64,000 nt of DNA from Lingula anatina. Its lineage: Eukaryota; Animalia; Brachiopoda. Of the stretch, positions 51,660 through 64,000 are shown piece after piece. The translations under genes and the position numbers were made by a program. The stretch spans positions 18,724,001-18,788,000 of the forward strand of contig CM120641.1 of NCBI GenBank assembly GCA_051362555.1, given 5' to 3'. The stretch's first letter is position 1. The number at the start of each line of letters is the position of its first letter. Below the pieces are notes generated by a model that saw only the letters and a program-made list of their open reading frames with translations, searched no databases and was not told the DNA's origin.

Positions 51660-53755
51660 GTGAGACGTTAATAAAATTTTTATTATTATGTATTCAGTCC
51701 CGTATACGTATTACTGATTTGAACAAACGGGGCTCATATTATCAAGATCAACAGAGACATACGAAGAAGAAAGTACAATGTAGGCCTACATCGGCTCTTG
51801 TTGAACGCGTTATCGGCGAAATAAAAAGTTATTTATTTCTGAACTTAATGACAAGAGAATTGAAAATTCAATGTGCATATTTTTACAAAAAAATGCAGAA
51901 AAGCCTTTCTGTAAGCTAAACGTACATAATGCATGTATGGTTAAGACAAAATGGATAATAAACATAATCCAACAACGTATTTGTAAAGTAATACAAATAT
52001 TCTTAGTATTAAAGTAGGCCTACGTATATTTAACTGTCTTAGATAGTTGAAAAGTATGAAGTGTGTGGGAAACACTTTATTTGAATGATTTGTCTGTGAT
52101 TGAAAACGATGAAAATACGCATGAAAACATTTTAAAATCAAATAATTTGGCCTCTTGCTATAATTTTGTTTTTGTTTCAGTTTGACAAAATTTTCATACT
52201 TGTCAGACCGAAAGGCTGACATTTTTTACCTGTCGTAAATTTTGTACATATACTAGAGTAAGACACGGTAAACTTTAATTATCGTCTGGGAAAGAGTCGA
52301 GAATTCCTGTCTCACCTATTTAACACTTAAAAGGTTTTAATTACAGAGGAAAGGTCGTAGTTGTGGCCACCCGCCTTACCGAACAATTGAACAAGTAACA
52401 CCTGATGCCTTATCAGGTACCAAACGATTTAATCAGTTCACCGACGCACGATCTGCGTGTCAGTTTTACCTGTATACACAGTAGCTACGAGTCAAACAAT
52501 GCAGGAAATCTTTTCATTTTATCACTTTAAAAATCACTTAAGATATTCTTCAAACAAGACATAAAAATCGTAATGAATTGACACTGCCGGTACATGAGGT
52601 GATATCGCCACAGCTTGCATATATACATGTACAAAATTGTGAAGACGTAGGCCTGCGCACCTGTCCACACTCTTGAAAGCTGTGTACGAGTCTACTGGCT
52701 ATTTTGATTTTATATATAAAAAATAACGAGTCTCTTTCGCATATCTTTATTATCGGAAGCATTTAAAAGAACTCCGAAGCTTTAGTTCGTCATCACTATT
52801 GAAAGTGCAGCCAAGGCTCGGACGCTTAGGTGAAGTCTAGTTGTAAAGCGCATCGTATTTAAACTGAGAAAGAAAATATTTAATTGCTTGATTCTCCGTT
52901 CAAATAGCTGTTTCTTGCGTACAGTTTACGCATTTCTGTGCTTCAGCCACCTTTTTAGTTTGACAGAAAGCAATGCACGCTTCATACGACCTTTTTATAT
53001 GCGCACCTTGTACATCATCTACACCTAGCATTGCCATGCTGGAAACAGCAGAGGACCACCATGACCCCTGTGGCGCGCGGTTCCTGTCATGCGCACTTCG
53101 TATTTCCGCAAAAGATGAAAAAGGTTAATAGGAACTCATATATTGAGTCTTCCTGTGACCTTGAAATTGACCTCCTTTTCGCCATGAACTGCACTTCACA
53201 AATTTGGATTTGACCTTTTACTTTTCCCCATGATTTTGTTATAAACAAAAAAGAAAAAAAAAATTGAGAACTATCGTTAACTGCATTTTGTAGAGCTTGT
53301 CAAGTACAACACTTCCATGTACCCCCCTCCCTGTTTTTTTTTCCTCCGAATGTACTTGCTCCAGCTGGTGGTACAATACTTGGAGGCCGTGCAATTTAAG
53401 ATCACAGATTGTCTTACATGATCTTAAACCATGAGTAAGACCATTTCTAGTCTAACAGCCAATTAAGTTGTCTCCCCTTACACATTCTCCTATTGTGAGC
53501 AGAGGTGTCCTCTATTGTGAGGGGAGGTGTCCCCCATTGTGAGGGGAGGAAACTGCTTGACCACTTAAGTAGATGTTAGATCATTTTTGAACTTAAAAGC
53601 AGATTCAGTCCATTTTAAGACTACTGCTGTAACGATTAAGATCATGTAAGATCTCTAGTTATCTTAAATTGCACTTTAAGACCATATCCAGCCCACTAGT
53701 GTACCGTATTCCCTAAAAAGTATATTTGAATGGATATTTTCTGTTTCATTTCTGT

Positions 53756-53803
<48 letters not shown>

Positions 53804-54709
53804 CTGTTTCATTTGAATAAGTATGCAATTGCATATGCAGCTATACAACCATAACCCAGTACATGGAAGTTAGAGTGATGATTATACAATGTGCATGCAG
53901 TACTACGTCATTAGAGGGACAGTTGAGTTTATGACCAAAATTTACAACCAAAAGGATGCAGTTTTAAGATATTTTTGGACAGAACAAAAGATTAATTTGG
54001 TGTGCGGCTTGGCAATTCGACTTAAATTTAGTAGTACTTAAAATATTTACTGTATAAGAAGCTATTGGAATTGTATGTGCTACTATTAATCCACACTCAC
54101 TTTATGTGTTACTTTAAAAGAACATTTCTATATTTTCAGGATTTGACATTGAGAATGTATGAACACCTCACTGAAGGAATCAGTAATAGTCAGCAAAATA
54201 TGCTATCTGACAATCTTCACATTCTTGGAGTTGACATTGATGAATGTCTAATAAAGCGTGCAAAGGAGGCCAATCATTATCCGAAGAATATTCAGTTCAA
54301 TGTTTTAGATATTTTAGATGACACTTCAAGAAAATATAGTTTACAAACATTTTTAAACAAAATTGGTAAAGAAAGATTTGACATTGTTTTTTGTTTTTCT
54401 GTCACCTTATGGATTCATTTGAATAACGGAGATGAGGGACTGAAAAAGTTTTTGACTATTTTATCTGGAATAACTGAAAATCTTGTGTTGGAGCCTCAGC
54501 CATGGAAATGCTACAAGTCAGCAGTAAGACGGGTTAAAAAATTGAATCATCCTGAATTTGAACATTTTAAGTCTCTTACTTGGAGAGATAATGTTGAAGA
54601 TGAAATCCAACGTTATTTGATAAATGACTGTAAATTGCATTTTGTGAAGAGCCTTGGACAGACACATTGGGAGAGGAATGTTTTACTGTATTCAAAAGTA
54701 CATGGATAG
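46717..54709 (+). CDS. BCDIN3D: RNA (pre-miRNA/tRNA-His) 5'-monophosphate methyltransferase BCDIN3D, 2 exons, 251 aa
   Basis: Exon 1 46717-46902 (PGAAVFGNFINYYSFNPPENRL...ALDVGCNAG|gtaagt) and exon 2 54140-54709 (DLTL..Y...ILGVDIDECLIKRA...FDIVFCFSVTLWIHLNNGDEGL...LVLEPQPWKCYKSAVRR...LGQTHWERNVLLY). Bin3-type SAM methyltransferase motifs, short N-terminus and single intron after the SAM motif match BCDIN3D rather than MEPCE. Confidence 0.93.
47120..49020 (+). mobile_element. Chimeric HINE-like repeat: family A body (47120-48137) joined to about six ~140-bp family B cores
   Basis: Homologous to 27354 onward, then tandem CCATAGTTACTATTGAACTTGAATAGGAAGTCATATACTGGCAATCTAACTGTGACCTTGAAATTGACCTTTG.CCTACTTTTCACCATGAACTG units like 35200-35810; the family B 3' end (GCTGGTGGTACAATA) reappears at about 53365. 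Confidence 0.75.
49021..50904. mobile_element. 1.9-kb hAT-like non-autonomous element inserted in a core repeat
   Basis: Ends TAGGGTAGAGTAAAT / ATTTACCCTACCCTA; ATACTAC duplicated on both flanks; host repeat resumes as TGAACTTGAA. Confidence 0.72.
51013..51120 (+). pseudogene. Decayed THAP zinc-finger N-terminus (transposon-derived)
   Basis: MAGFTCFLSRYNNNSKRDRHMRFNKFPTNPLE* follows the THAP pattern M...CCV..C.N......F..FP..P with the second Cys lost and a premature stop. Confidence 0.5.
53389..53674. mobile_element. MITE with ~40-bp imperfect TIRs
   Basis: GTGCAATTTAAGAT...TCTTACATGATCTTAA / TTAAGATCATGTAAGA...ATCTTAAATTGCAC; internal 3x ~22-bp ATTGTGAGGGGAGGTGTCC repeat. Confidence 0.75.
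53757..53799. repeat. (CT)n microsatellite
   Basis: Directly visible; (CA)n runs also at about 41842-41872 and 57305-57340. Confidence 0.95.
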
Positions 54710-55568
54710 ATGAATGATTTGCTCTATAATCCAAAACTCCCATTGTGTTTGTTTGCATCAAATTACATGCATTCACAAATGGTTTATTTACATGTGTTTT
54801 TCGAAACCAAATTCAACACTGGTATTTGGACTCTACAATTTGGGTAACTGAGAGTGTTATGTGATGATACCATTCCTCTGAACATAAAATATGATTTAAA
54901 TTTAATTTTTTTTTTTCAATGTGCAGTTTTGTCAAAATGAAAATTTTGTATTCTTACATCCCTGTGTTTGCAAAAATAAATTTCGTCCTCAACTATCTTT
55001 ATACATTACATCATGCATGGTTAAAAAAAACACCAATAAAATAGAGGAAAGTGTTGCATGTGTACTAGGTATGTGGAAGTTGTACTTTTGGAGAAATGTT
55101 ATTATTTGCACAGTGTTGAGTAAAGGAATCTCGATAGTCTGGTGAATGCTCTCAAAAAAAATCAGAGTTATGATATGATTTGAATCCTAGCTAAATTGCA
55201 ATTGTTCAGTTCCACCGAAGGTACGTTTAGGGTAAGGATTCATCTAGCTTAGTTTATGTTTTATTAGTAAAATCTGGGTTAATACAAAGAAAAGGAAGCA
55301 AATTGCATCTAGCATTTTACGTAATGAACCCCCAAAAAATACAAATATTTAAAATACAATAAATACACTAGCAAAAAAAAAAGTTTTTATGTCTTTGGTT
55401 TTACTGCTTCCGCCAGTGCAGTGATCAAACTCTGACGGAGGTAGCCTGCTGGAGCAAGAGTAGGGTAAGATATTTAATATTGATGCAAGAATGGCACAAT
55501 TGCCATGATTTCTGTCTGGAAATTTCCACTTATGCCTGCCCAAACCATAACACTGTACCAATAGCATA

Positions 55569-57264
55569 GGGGAGACCGGGGCTAGTTGGACCCCAGGGTA
55601 AGTGGGCCCCCCGTCAATTTATGAAAAAGTAACTATGAGGTAAAAAAAATTGGTCACATACTCTTGCAAAGTGACCGTAGCCTACAATGCTAAGGAAGTG
55701 TCGGACGTTTAAAAGTTTTACTTAAAGGTACATACGAACCGAGCATCGGTGGAGCGTGGATTCCCAGTAACACATGTAAACCACTTCTACTAGATTCTTA
55801 TATGACTTAAATAAATTCGACACGCCAAGGGATAAACTGAATAGATCACTCGATCAGCCATAAAAGACCTTTAGACTGCTCCTTTCTTTAAATTTTTGGT
55901 TGTAAATTTAACCTACTTTCGTGACCTACTTTCCTGCCCCATTGACATACAGCTTAGAATGCCAGCAGAAAAATCCGTTCAAACATCATTTTCGGGTAAA
56001 ATTAAACAATGCCCTTTGGTAATTCTCTTAGTTATTCTACTTGAAACTATATGCTGGCATTTGGTTGGTTTTTGTGACAAAAAATTGACTTTGTATGCAC
56101 CTTTAATTGGTGAGTCGAAATAAACGATTTTTGCACCTAAAAGTAATTTTGTTTAAGAGATTTAAAAATCTATTTTCATAGGCTTTTCATCGAATATAAG
56201 ATATGTATAGGGCATCAAACTGAAGCTCATTGTTTCAAGTTTCACAGAGATGTATCATCGTTGCTCATTCTAGCACCATAAATGGCTACCATCCTTTAAA
56301 ATAAATAAGGTGCACATTATTTAAAATAAATAATGTGCACCTGGGGCTAGTTGGCCCCCTTGACTCGGGGCAAGTTGGACCCTCATATTACCCACAAACC
56401 TTTGCGCGCAACGCTGTTTGAAATAAACAAGTTGGTGAAATTGACAAAGCTTGCCGGTGTCTATTACCATCTGATTGATTTTTTTAATTTTCTCTCTGGT
56501 GTCTTTTTGAAAATTTATATTAGAAATATTCTGTTGCTTGTAAGTATTAAAAAGCAAATCCATTGGACTTTCCGTAGAAAAACATTTATTTTGCCTTAAT
56601 TAATTGTAAGGGGATTCCCTTTGTATTTATAGTGTTATATGTTCCCAAGGGGATTTTCCACCCCTCCCTAGCTAGAGACCATTGTTGAAACAAACTCAAT
56701 GGTTTAAAACTGAATTTGTTACTGTCTTTTAAAAAGAAAATTTATTATTCATTTTCATTCATTAAAAACCTTCTTTATACCATTATTTATTTATTCTTAA
56801 TGAAAACAAAACCCATTTTATTGATAGATATTTTGGTTCTTGCAACACATACCCCCCCCCCCCCCCCAACCACGTGACGTACGGAAACCTCAATAAATCT
56901 GCCTCATTTGAACTGTTTATTCATCAAAGACTCTCAAAAATCAATTAAATAAATTTAAAATTTATAAAAATGTATTTCAAGGTGTTTACATGGGATATAT
57001 ACTTCATTTTCATATAGGGGGGCCAACTTGCCCCGACCCTGGGGCCAACTTACCCCATGGTGGGGCAAGTTGGACCCCCTGACGTCAACTGCTTTTTTGT
57101 CAAATTGTGAGCCACCTGGCATTATATTTGAAAAATAATGACGTTGCATACGTAGCTTAGTTCATGGGGCTTACTTTGAAACCAGTTTTGTTACTCTAAC
57201 CCACTCCTAGTTGGCTCTACAAGGCCAAAAGTGTCTAACTGGGCCAACTAGCCCCGGTCTCCCC
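55569..57264. mobile_element. Tc1/mariner-pogo-type non-autonomous element
   Basis: Perfect TIRs GGGGAGACCGGGGCTAGTTGG / CCAACTAGCCCCGGTCTCCCC with TA on both flanks; internal copies of the GGGGC(T/A)AGTTGG(A/C)CCC motif at about 56343-56382 and 57018-57080. Confidence 0.88.
55726..56102. mobile_element. Kolobok-like MITE nested in the pogo-like element
   Basis: TTAA|AGGTACATAC ... GTATGCACCT|TTAA; second partial copy at about 60700-60948. Confidence 0.75.
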
Positions 57265-58039
57265 TAACTCCTGTCTAGATCAGGCATCCATGGCATGACA
57301 TGTACACACACGCACTCACACACACACACACACACACACAGATGCAAACTAAAAAAAAAGTAATATAAAAAGATGGTTATGATAACTAATAATAGTATTT
57401 ACACTCGGAAAACTAAAAAAAAAAATTAGAAAATAAATTTAAAAAAAAACATCCTGGCAGTTGAAGTCTGTTTAAATGCTTTGAAATGATAGAATATTTG
57501 ACCACTGGATTGTGCTTGTTAAAAGAGGCAGGCCCATAGCCAGGGGGGGGTTTGAAAGAACCACCCTTTTTGTCAGAAAAAGGCCCATTCCGGGTACAAT
57601 TTGATATAGGTACACGAAGGTTTCATTTTAAAAGGTCCACTTTTTCAGAAAAAGAACCCCCCTTTTGACTTTGCTGGCTACCGGCCTGAGAGGTAAATTT
57701 TTGAGCAGCTGTTTTAATGACCTGTCAAAGGAAACCTATTGACTTTCCCTGGTTACAATGAAACATTTGTGTACTTAGATAAAATTTTACCCAGAATGGA
57801 CCATTTCCTGACAAAAGGGGCGGTTCTTTCGAACCCCCCCGACCCCCCCCCCCCTTCCCCCGGCTACGGACCTGAAATATATGTGCGGATTCCCGAATTT
57901 CCAAATCACTTCTGGTGCTTCATATCCAACTAGGCTTATATCGCCAAAACACGTGTGCAAAAATAGTACATATTATACGTAATGGGAAAAGAATGAAAAC
58001 AAATTATTCGGTGGGCCGTGGATTCTGTAGGTGTGCGGT

Positions 58040-58130
58040 TCTATTTTCGCGCACCTAAAAATCGTCTGGTCATGAGAAACTTTTATCCAATAGAAATGTT
58101 GTTTCAGTTACAATTGACCAATCAAAACAA
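58040..58130 (+). promoter_or_regulatory. Promoter with E2F site and paired CCAAT boxes
   Basis: TTTCGCGC at 58045-58052; CCAAT at 58087 and 58118; upstream of a strong donor CAAG|gtaag at 58309. Confidence 0.45.
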
Positions 58131-59730
58131 GTGGGTCAAGGACAGTGTCAAGGATGCAAGATTATGACACACTGGCAAAAATCTCGGTATACTTTTAGTC
58201 CAAGGAATTCATCAATGTACACCTTTTTTCCGTTAGCGTCATGCCGAAACTTTGATGAATGAATCTGAATAGCAGAACAACCGGTCTCTTGCCATAACAG
58301 TGCTTCAAGGTAAGAGAAGTGACAGTGGAGTCAAAAAAACTTTCACTGGACTCGAAAGACGTAGAAACCTGGTAGGGGATACATCCAGATCTAAAAATGC
58401 CTAATAGTAACGTTATTAGATCTCATTGATGTGACATTGACCAGGGGCGGATTTAGGGCGTCTTCTGGGTCTTCCGGAAGACGGTCAGATTTGTCAAGTT
58501 TACATTGACGGGTATCTAATTTTTTCTGTCGGAAGACTGTCAAAAATGGAGGATGGATCAACAAAGATAAATTGGAAGACTGTCAGAAAATAACTCTGGA
58601 TCCGCCCGTGAATTGATCTTCAGTTGTAAAATTCACATTGCTGACATTTCCGGGTTCTCCAATTTACTTCCTTGGTTCTAGGGAGGCAAATCTATTTCTG
58701 TCAGATAAAACGTGCATTATATTCTCCCAGGAGGACACCAATGAGGACACGATTCCCATTGTCATAATTTAACCCCTTTTTATGTAGAAAGACTGTTCTA
58801 GTCTCAGTTTAATTTTGATGTGTAAGACGTCTTATATCCTGTGTAAGCTGGCATGTGGCTGTAGGCAGTGGGAATTGTAAGGGTGAAAAAAGGTCATTTA
58901 TTTCAGAAATAGGACTTCCCTTTTTAATTGCTGACGGGCCTAGTAAGCTATGAAATTTCAGTACTTTTGCATTATTAACTTCATTTAATAATAATAAATT
59001 TTATGATTTTGAATTTGGTGTATGTCTGATAAATTCAAATAAATTTTGATAAGTTTGGCAATTTAAATGTTTTACAAGAACAACAAGAAATTTATATCAG
59101 TCTGTTGAGTTAACCACTGGTCCTAGACCCTACGCCCGCAGCCAGTAAAATTTTGTTTGAACTAGTAGATTTTTCAGAATATGAGGTCTGACATGGCCAT
59201 TAGGTATTTCATATAAGTTTTCAAAAGAGCTTTCGATTTGATTTACTTTATTCTAAAATGACACACATGATGATACTAAATAGAAAAATGTTTGAAAAAA
59301 CCAATGACTTGTTTTTACCACTACTTGTTATTACTACTAATAATAATAAGGCAATGGGGCAATACTGACATTTTTTATTAAATCCAGTGAATCATGATTC
59401 AAAACAGTAGATTTTAGAAAAAGTGCTGGTCCAAATGGTCAGTAAGCCTAAAGGTTATGTCTCAGACTGTTATATTTGCCTTTATCTGCACATAAGTCCT
59501 GTAGACGGCCATAGGAATATTCCAAAGTAAATAAAGAAATTGAATTGTCCATGATAATTCTGATTGGATAATAGAAATGTCTTTAAAAAAAAAATTTGTT
59601 CTATGAAACTGAACTTTCTTCTAAAGTCAGCTTATATTGCCTTTCATAAGTTTGATTGATGTTTTAATCAGTATTTTTTTTCAGAAGAAGTTGGCTTTTT
59701 CTACATTTTAGCTTTCAAGTAGAACATATA

Positions 59731-62700
59731 ATGGATCCTTTTCCAACTCCAATAAAAACATACTCAAGAAGGACAAGGGTTTTTTTAAAAGGGACCACCC
59801 ACCAGATTTTTTCGCCTAAAAGTTGCAAACCATTTGAAGACAGTTTAGGTAAATTTTTGTAATAAATATATACCCACTAGTCGGCACTTGTACTTCTTAA
59901 TCTCACAATATCTAAAGAAATTCTGTATGGCTTTTTCATGCCAAATGTAATTTTCCTTGTGAAAAGAGCAATTTTTCTTCTTCTCACAAATCATTTCTCA
60001 ACCAGCCTCCCTGCACTCAGATTCAATGTTTTTGCATCATTTTTAATGAAATAACTTAGTTCTTAATGATTCATGTCAATTCATGTAGATGGCTGTCCAT
60101 CTCCCTGATATTTCCAAAGGAAATATTGACATCTGGCATAATTTTATTTAAGAGGTTTTATTGTTTTAAAGTCTGAATTATTTAACTATACAAATATGAC
60201 TTTACGATATTTTCATACCTGTAGATAATACCTTTAATATAGATATAACATTAGATATGAACAACCAAATTTTTTTCCGTTTTTTCTAATATGTGCTTTT
60301 CAGTGTCTGAGACATTGGGTGAAAGTAATAGGGGGAATTGTTCCAGTGTTTCTTCAAAAGCAGTACTTTCCACCTCAGGTAAATTTCTCTTTGTAATTAC
60401 TCCTGTGCTGCCAGTTTTACACTGTCAGCCTAGGCATACTCTGAAGTGCTGAATAATAGTAGATTATTTTTTTTCCAGAAATTTTCCACCCGGCACGATC
60501 TTATTTTCCCTGGCACGATTAATAATTTCCCCCACATTATCCACATGGCACAGTTATTTGGCAGTCATTATGCTGGTTGGAAGTTTCGGAAATGTTAATG
60601 ATCGTTTCATAGGACAAGTTAATTTTTGCAAGCACTACTTTCGAACTTGTTTTTTAGCATAAATAAAAGTAGCTCATCAACACATGCAGCTGGGAGCAGA
60701 CATAAAAGAGCTTTAGACTGCTCCTTTCTTTTAATTTTTGGTAGGAAATTTAACCTATTTTCGTGACCTACTTTTCTGCCCCATTGATATACAGTATAGA
60801 ATGCCAACTGAAAAATACTTTCATATATCATTTTTCGGGTAAAATTAAACAATGTCTTTTGGCAATTCTCTTAGTTATAATACTTGAAACTCTATGCTGG
60901 CATTTGGTTGGCTTTTGTGGCAAAAAATTGCCTTGATATGCATCTTTAAATGAATTCTTTCAATGCTTAAGTGCACAAACATGCTTATGAACAATGAAGG
61001 GAGTGTGTTGTAACTAACGTGCATTTGTAAACGACTTCGAACTCTGCCACAATATTTGTTTTTCCTTGTATGAGTGCTAATTTAGGCAGGGCACTCTGAT
61101 TGGCTAAGACCATGGGAACACCTATGGTTGACATCTATTCTGTTTTGGGGAGAGGACGTTCTTCAATACAGACTTGAATTTGGAACAATTAATTTTTTTA
61201 ATTGGCCAATTTTGCTTTAGGTCGTGACCCACATACGTAAAAATAAATTAAGTTTGGGATATGTTTCATTTTTGCTTATATCGGTAAGAATCCCTTTAAT
61301 TGTTCAGCCATCACACCTTCATAAATTTTGGAGGAAACTGGTAGCACACTAACTACTCTGTAATTACGTTTATCAAAACTGCCCATCATTTTGAAAACTG
61401 GTGTAACATTGGCACTTGGGAGGAAATGTTTCAGGATTTGTACTAGGTGGTCTGTATGTTGAAAGAAAGCACCATGTACTATTACTTATGTTCATGACTA
61501 GTGGTTTAAGTTCTATGTCTGGAGATTTTATGTTAGCTTACCTTTGGATAGGGATTGAAGATTGCACATAAACAATTATCTCTCCTTTGTCATTTCTGCC
61601 TTTTCTAAACAAACTGTTGTTTTCTACTTTAAACTGGGTATCAGAAAATGATGAATCCATTTTTGTTTCAGTCATAACCAAACGGTCAATAACATTTGTT
61701 TGTAAGATATCTCTCAAGTCCCAGAATTGGTTGCACAGACTGTTTATATTCACATGGTTTACAATAAAGTTTTTGGGTGTTTTTTCCTTTCTTTGAACTG
61801 GTCAGTTTCCTGGATCTACCAAAGTGCTACATACTAATGTACGATACTGAGAGACAATCAATTGCATTTTTCCATTCTTAACGATGTACAATTGTAGGAG
61901 CTCGGTCCATGTACTTTACTTTCTATTAAAGCGATTTGCTTACCACAAGAGGTCATTAATTAAGGTACACTCGTTATTTGCTGGACAACTAAGTACTTGA
62001 GATCGGAAGGTTATCATGTTTGGTCAGTGCTTGAATGTCTAATGAGACTTTTATTATTTCCGATATCCTCCTGTAATTGTTGAATTTTGACATCTTTTTT
62101 GCCATATATGGTATATTAATGCTAACCCATTATTGCTACCATTTTATGATTTAAGGTTCAGGTGTTGGTGTTAGAACAGTTCTTGGTAGCAAAGCAAGTG
62201 ATTGGGAAACTTGTGAGGATTTAGATGATAGTATTGAATTACCAAGAGATGCCACAGAGGCAATTGGTAGGTTAACTTTCACTGATATGGATTATAAGTA
62301 GTGTACTCTGATGAATTGATGCATAATCTGTTACTAATTTTAATTTAAAAATGTACAGTAGTAAATTGGAATAATGTTCCCAGTCCAGAATAAATCAATC
62401 TTTAAAACCCTTTTTTGACAGCTTTTTTAATGAAAATGAAATAAATGGTTTACTTATTGTAATGCTGTCCTTATAAATTCATTACGGTTGCTTTTAGAAA
62501 TGTATATTTGATGTGGAATTTTGTTGCTAAGATTATCAAATAAGATTGGTACAATCATGCCTGATTTGGACATCTTAATTTATGAAGAAAATCATCAGAT
62601 AATCATTCTGAATAAAAAGTTAAATTTATCATAGATCATCATCACCATAGAGTAGCTTTCAGTGGGGAAGAAGGTGAAGACATCACCCTAGCCTTGAAAC

Positions 62701-64000
62701 AAACTGCTCTGAAAACTTCAAGTTAGTACTTTTACCTACTCATACTGTAGTTCCACAAAAGTAACGGCTAAATTAATGAAAATGCCACTGAACCTATTAA
62801 GATAAACCATATCTTAATGTCAAAACTTCTTTTAATCTATATTGATGGTTAAAAGCAGGTTAAAAGCAAGTATAACCTGTAATGTTTTTGCCTCTTTTTA
62901 TTCTGTGAAAAACCCTTGTGATTTTAGAAAAATGTAGTCTGCATAGATTGACAAGAAGTCAGTTTCCCTTAGCTACAAGTACCAGAAAAGAAAATGTTTC
63001 CCCTGAACACAGAAATTCTACTCTTATTGACACAGATTGCGCCAAATCCATCTGTGATATTCCACCTCCAGAGTGCATGTCAACTATTCATGGTAAGTAG
63101 GGTGCAGTTCATTGACAAAAAAGGAATAGTTTTGTCAAGTTATTGAATTTATTATTTCATATGGTATTGTTTGGGGTTTTGTGGGTGAAGGGATAAATTC
63201 AATTACAACATAATGTTTTTTTTTTCTTTAAAAAGACATAGAGAATATCACACAGATTTATGTGTAAGGAAAGAAGAATTGTGGCAAATGTTTTTGCACT
63301 GAAGATTGAAAAGTGGTGGAAGAACAATATTGAGAACTTTTAATTTTGTCAGAATTATTTTTCAAAGGAGGCTTCGTTTATAACAGCTATTTGCATGATA
63401 GCACTAAACATCATTTGTTTTACTGCTTTTTAGAATTTCCAGGTTCTGCAACTGAAGAACAAAATACAACAGGACTGGCAATTTTTAAGAGAGATATTTC
63501 TTCAACACTTGCTGGTCCACAGAAAAACCAGTTACCTCTTGTATCAATACCATTGCCAAATATAGAGACATGTAACCTGCTTTGCAAACTGGAAAAGAAG
63601 AAGAGGAGAGCAGTTAAACAGTCCTTTGAATTATCTAATGACAAAGGGGATAATGTTCATAGTGAAAATAAAAATGGCAAGGAGTTGAAACCAGGACAGT
63701 GCTTCAATTCAACCTTGATTGGTGAGAAGGCAACCAATATTAAAGAAGTGAAAATCACACCTGATGTTTCTTCCATTACAGGTAACTAATCTGATACATG
63801 CACCTTATCAAAGGGACTGATTTGATTATTTTTTTGTCTGTTCTATTTCCATCTTTTAAGGTAGCATGCTACAATCTCTCTGTGAATAATGAATTAAATT
63901 ACTTCCTGTGTTCAGCTTTTGTTTTTACCACAAAGTTAAAAGAATACAGGTTTCCATATATGTGGCTTTTAATTTTCAGGGTCATTCCACGATTTTATTT
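59731..64000 (+). CDS. 5' part of an unrecognised multi-exon gene (low-complexity N-terminus), continues beyond window
   Basis: Exons 59731-59848, 60304-60378, 62156-62266, 62635-62721, 62928-63092, 63434-63781 and probably 63980->64000 have GT-AG boundaries, all phase 1, and join without stops: MDPFPTPIKTYSRRTRVF...EDSL|VSETLGES...|GSGVGVRTVLGSKASDWETCEDLDDSIELP...|DHHHHRVAFSGEE...|KKCSLHRL...|EFPGSATEEQ... Probable non-coding first exon ends at 58309. Confidence 0.7.
61330..62100 (-). mobile_element. Decayed LINE (CR1/L2-like) fragment: ORF1 end and APE endonuclease
   Basis: HVNINSL.N....LRDIL....IDRLVMTETKMDSSFSDTQFKV....LFRK.RN.KG.IIVYV is the apurinic-endonuclease-like domain of non-LTR retrotransposons; downstream ...STYRPP remnants; many stops. 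Confidence 0.8.

Overview
AT-rich, intron-containing animal genomic DNA. The repeat types and gene structures suggest an invertebrate, probably lophotrochozoan/mollusc-like (inference). By hand-splicing GT-AG exons I can reconstruct six genes: (1) HTD2/MaoC-type dehydratase, minus strand, 4 exons, 163 aa; (2) head-to-head with it, a 15-exon SLC5 sodium:solute symporter most like SMIT1/SLC5A3, 674 aa; (3) convergent CCDC170, minus strand, 11 coding exons, 854 aa; (4) head-to-head with CCDC170, an unrecognised 150-aa single-pass membrane protein whose 11.3-kb intron is a stack of nested transposons; (5) BCDIN3D RNA 5'-phosphate methyltransferase, 2 exons, 251 aa; (6) the 5' part of an unrecognised gene running off the right edge. 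The rest is mostly non-autonomous DNA transposons (Helentron/HINE-like, PIF/Harbinger, pogo-like, Kolobok-like, hAT-like, a RecQ-fragment-carrying Academ-like MITE), an LTR remnant and a LINE fragment. The most unusual observations are a minisatellite built from an exon-end plus 5' splice site, a transposon-borne in-frame terminal exon, a possible second cistron behind HTD2, and altered Na+-site residues in the SLC5. I see no convincing wholly new multi-gene system; all calls come from reading the sequence, with no database search.
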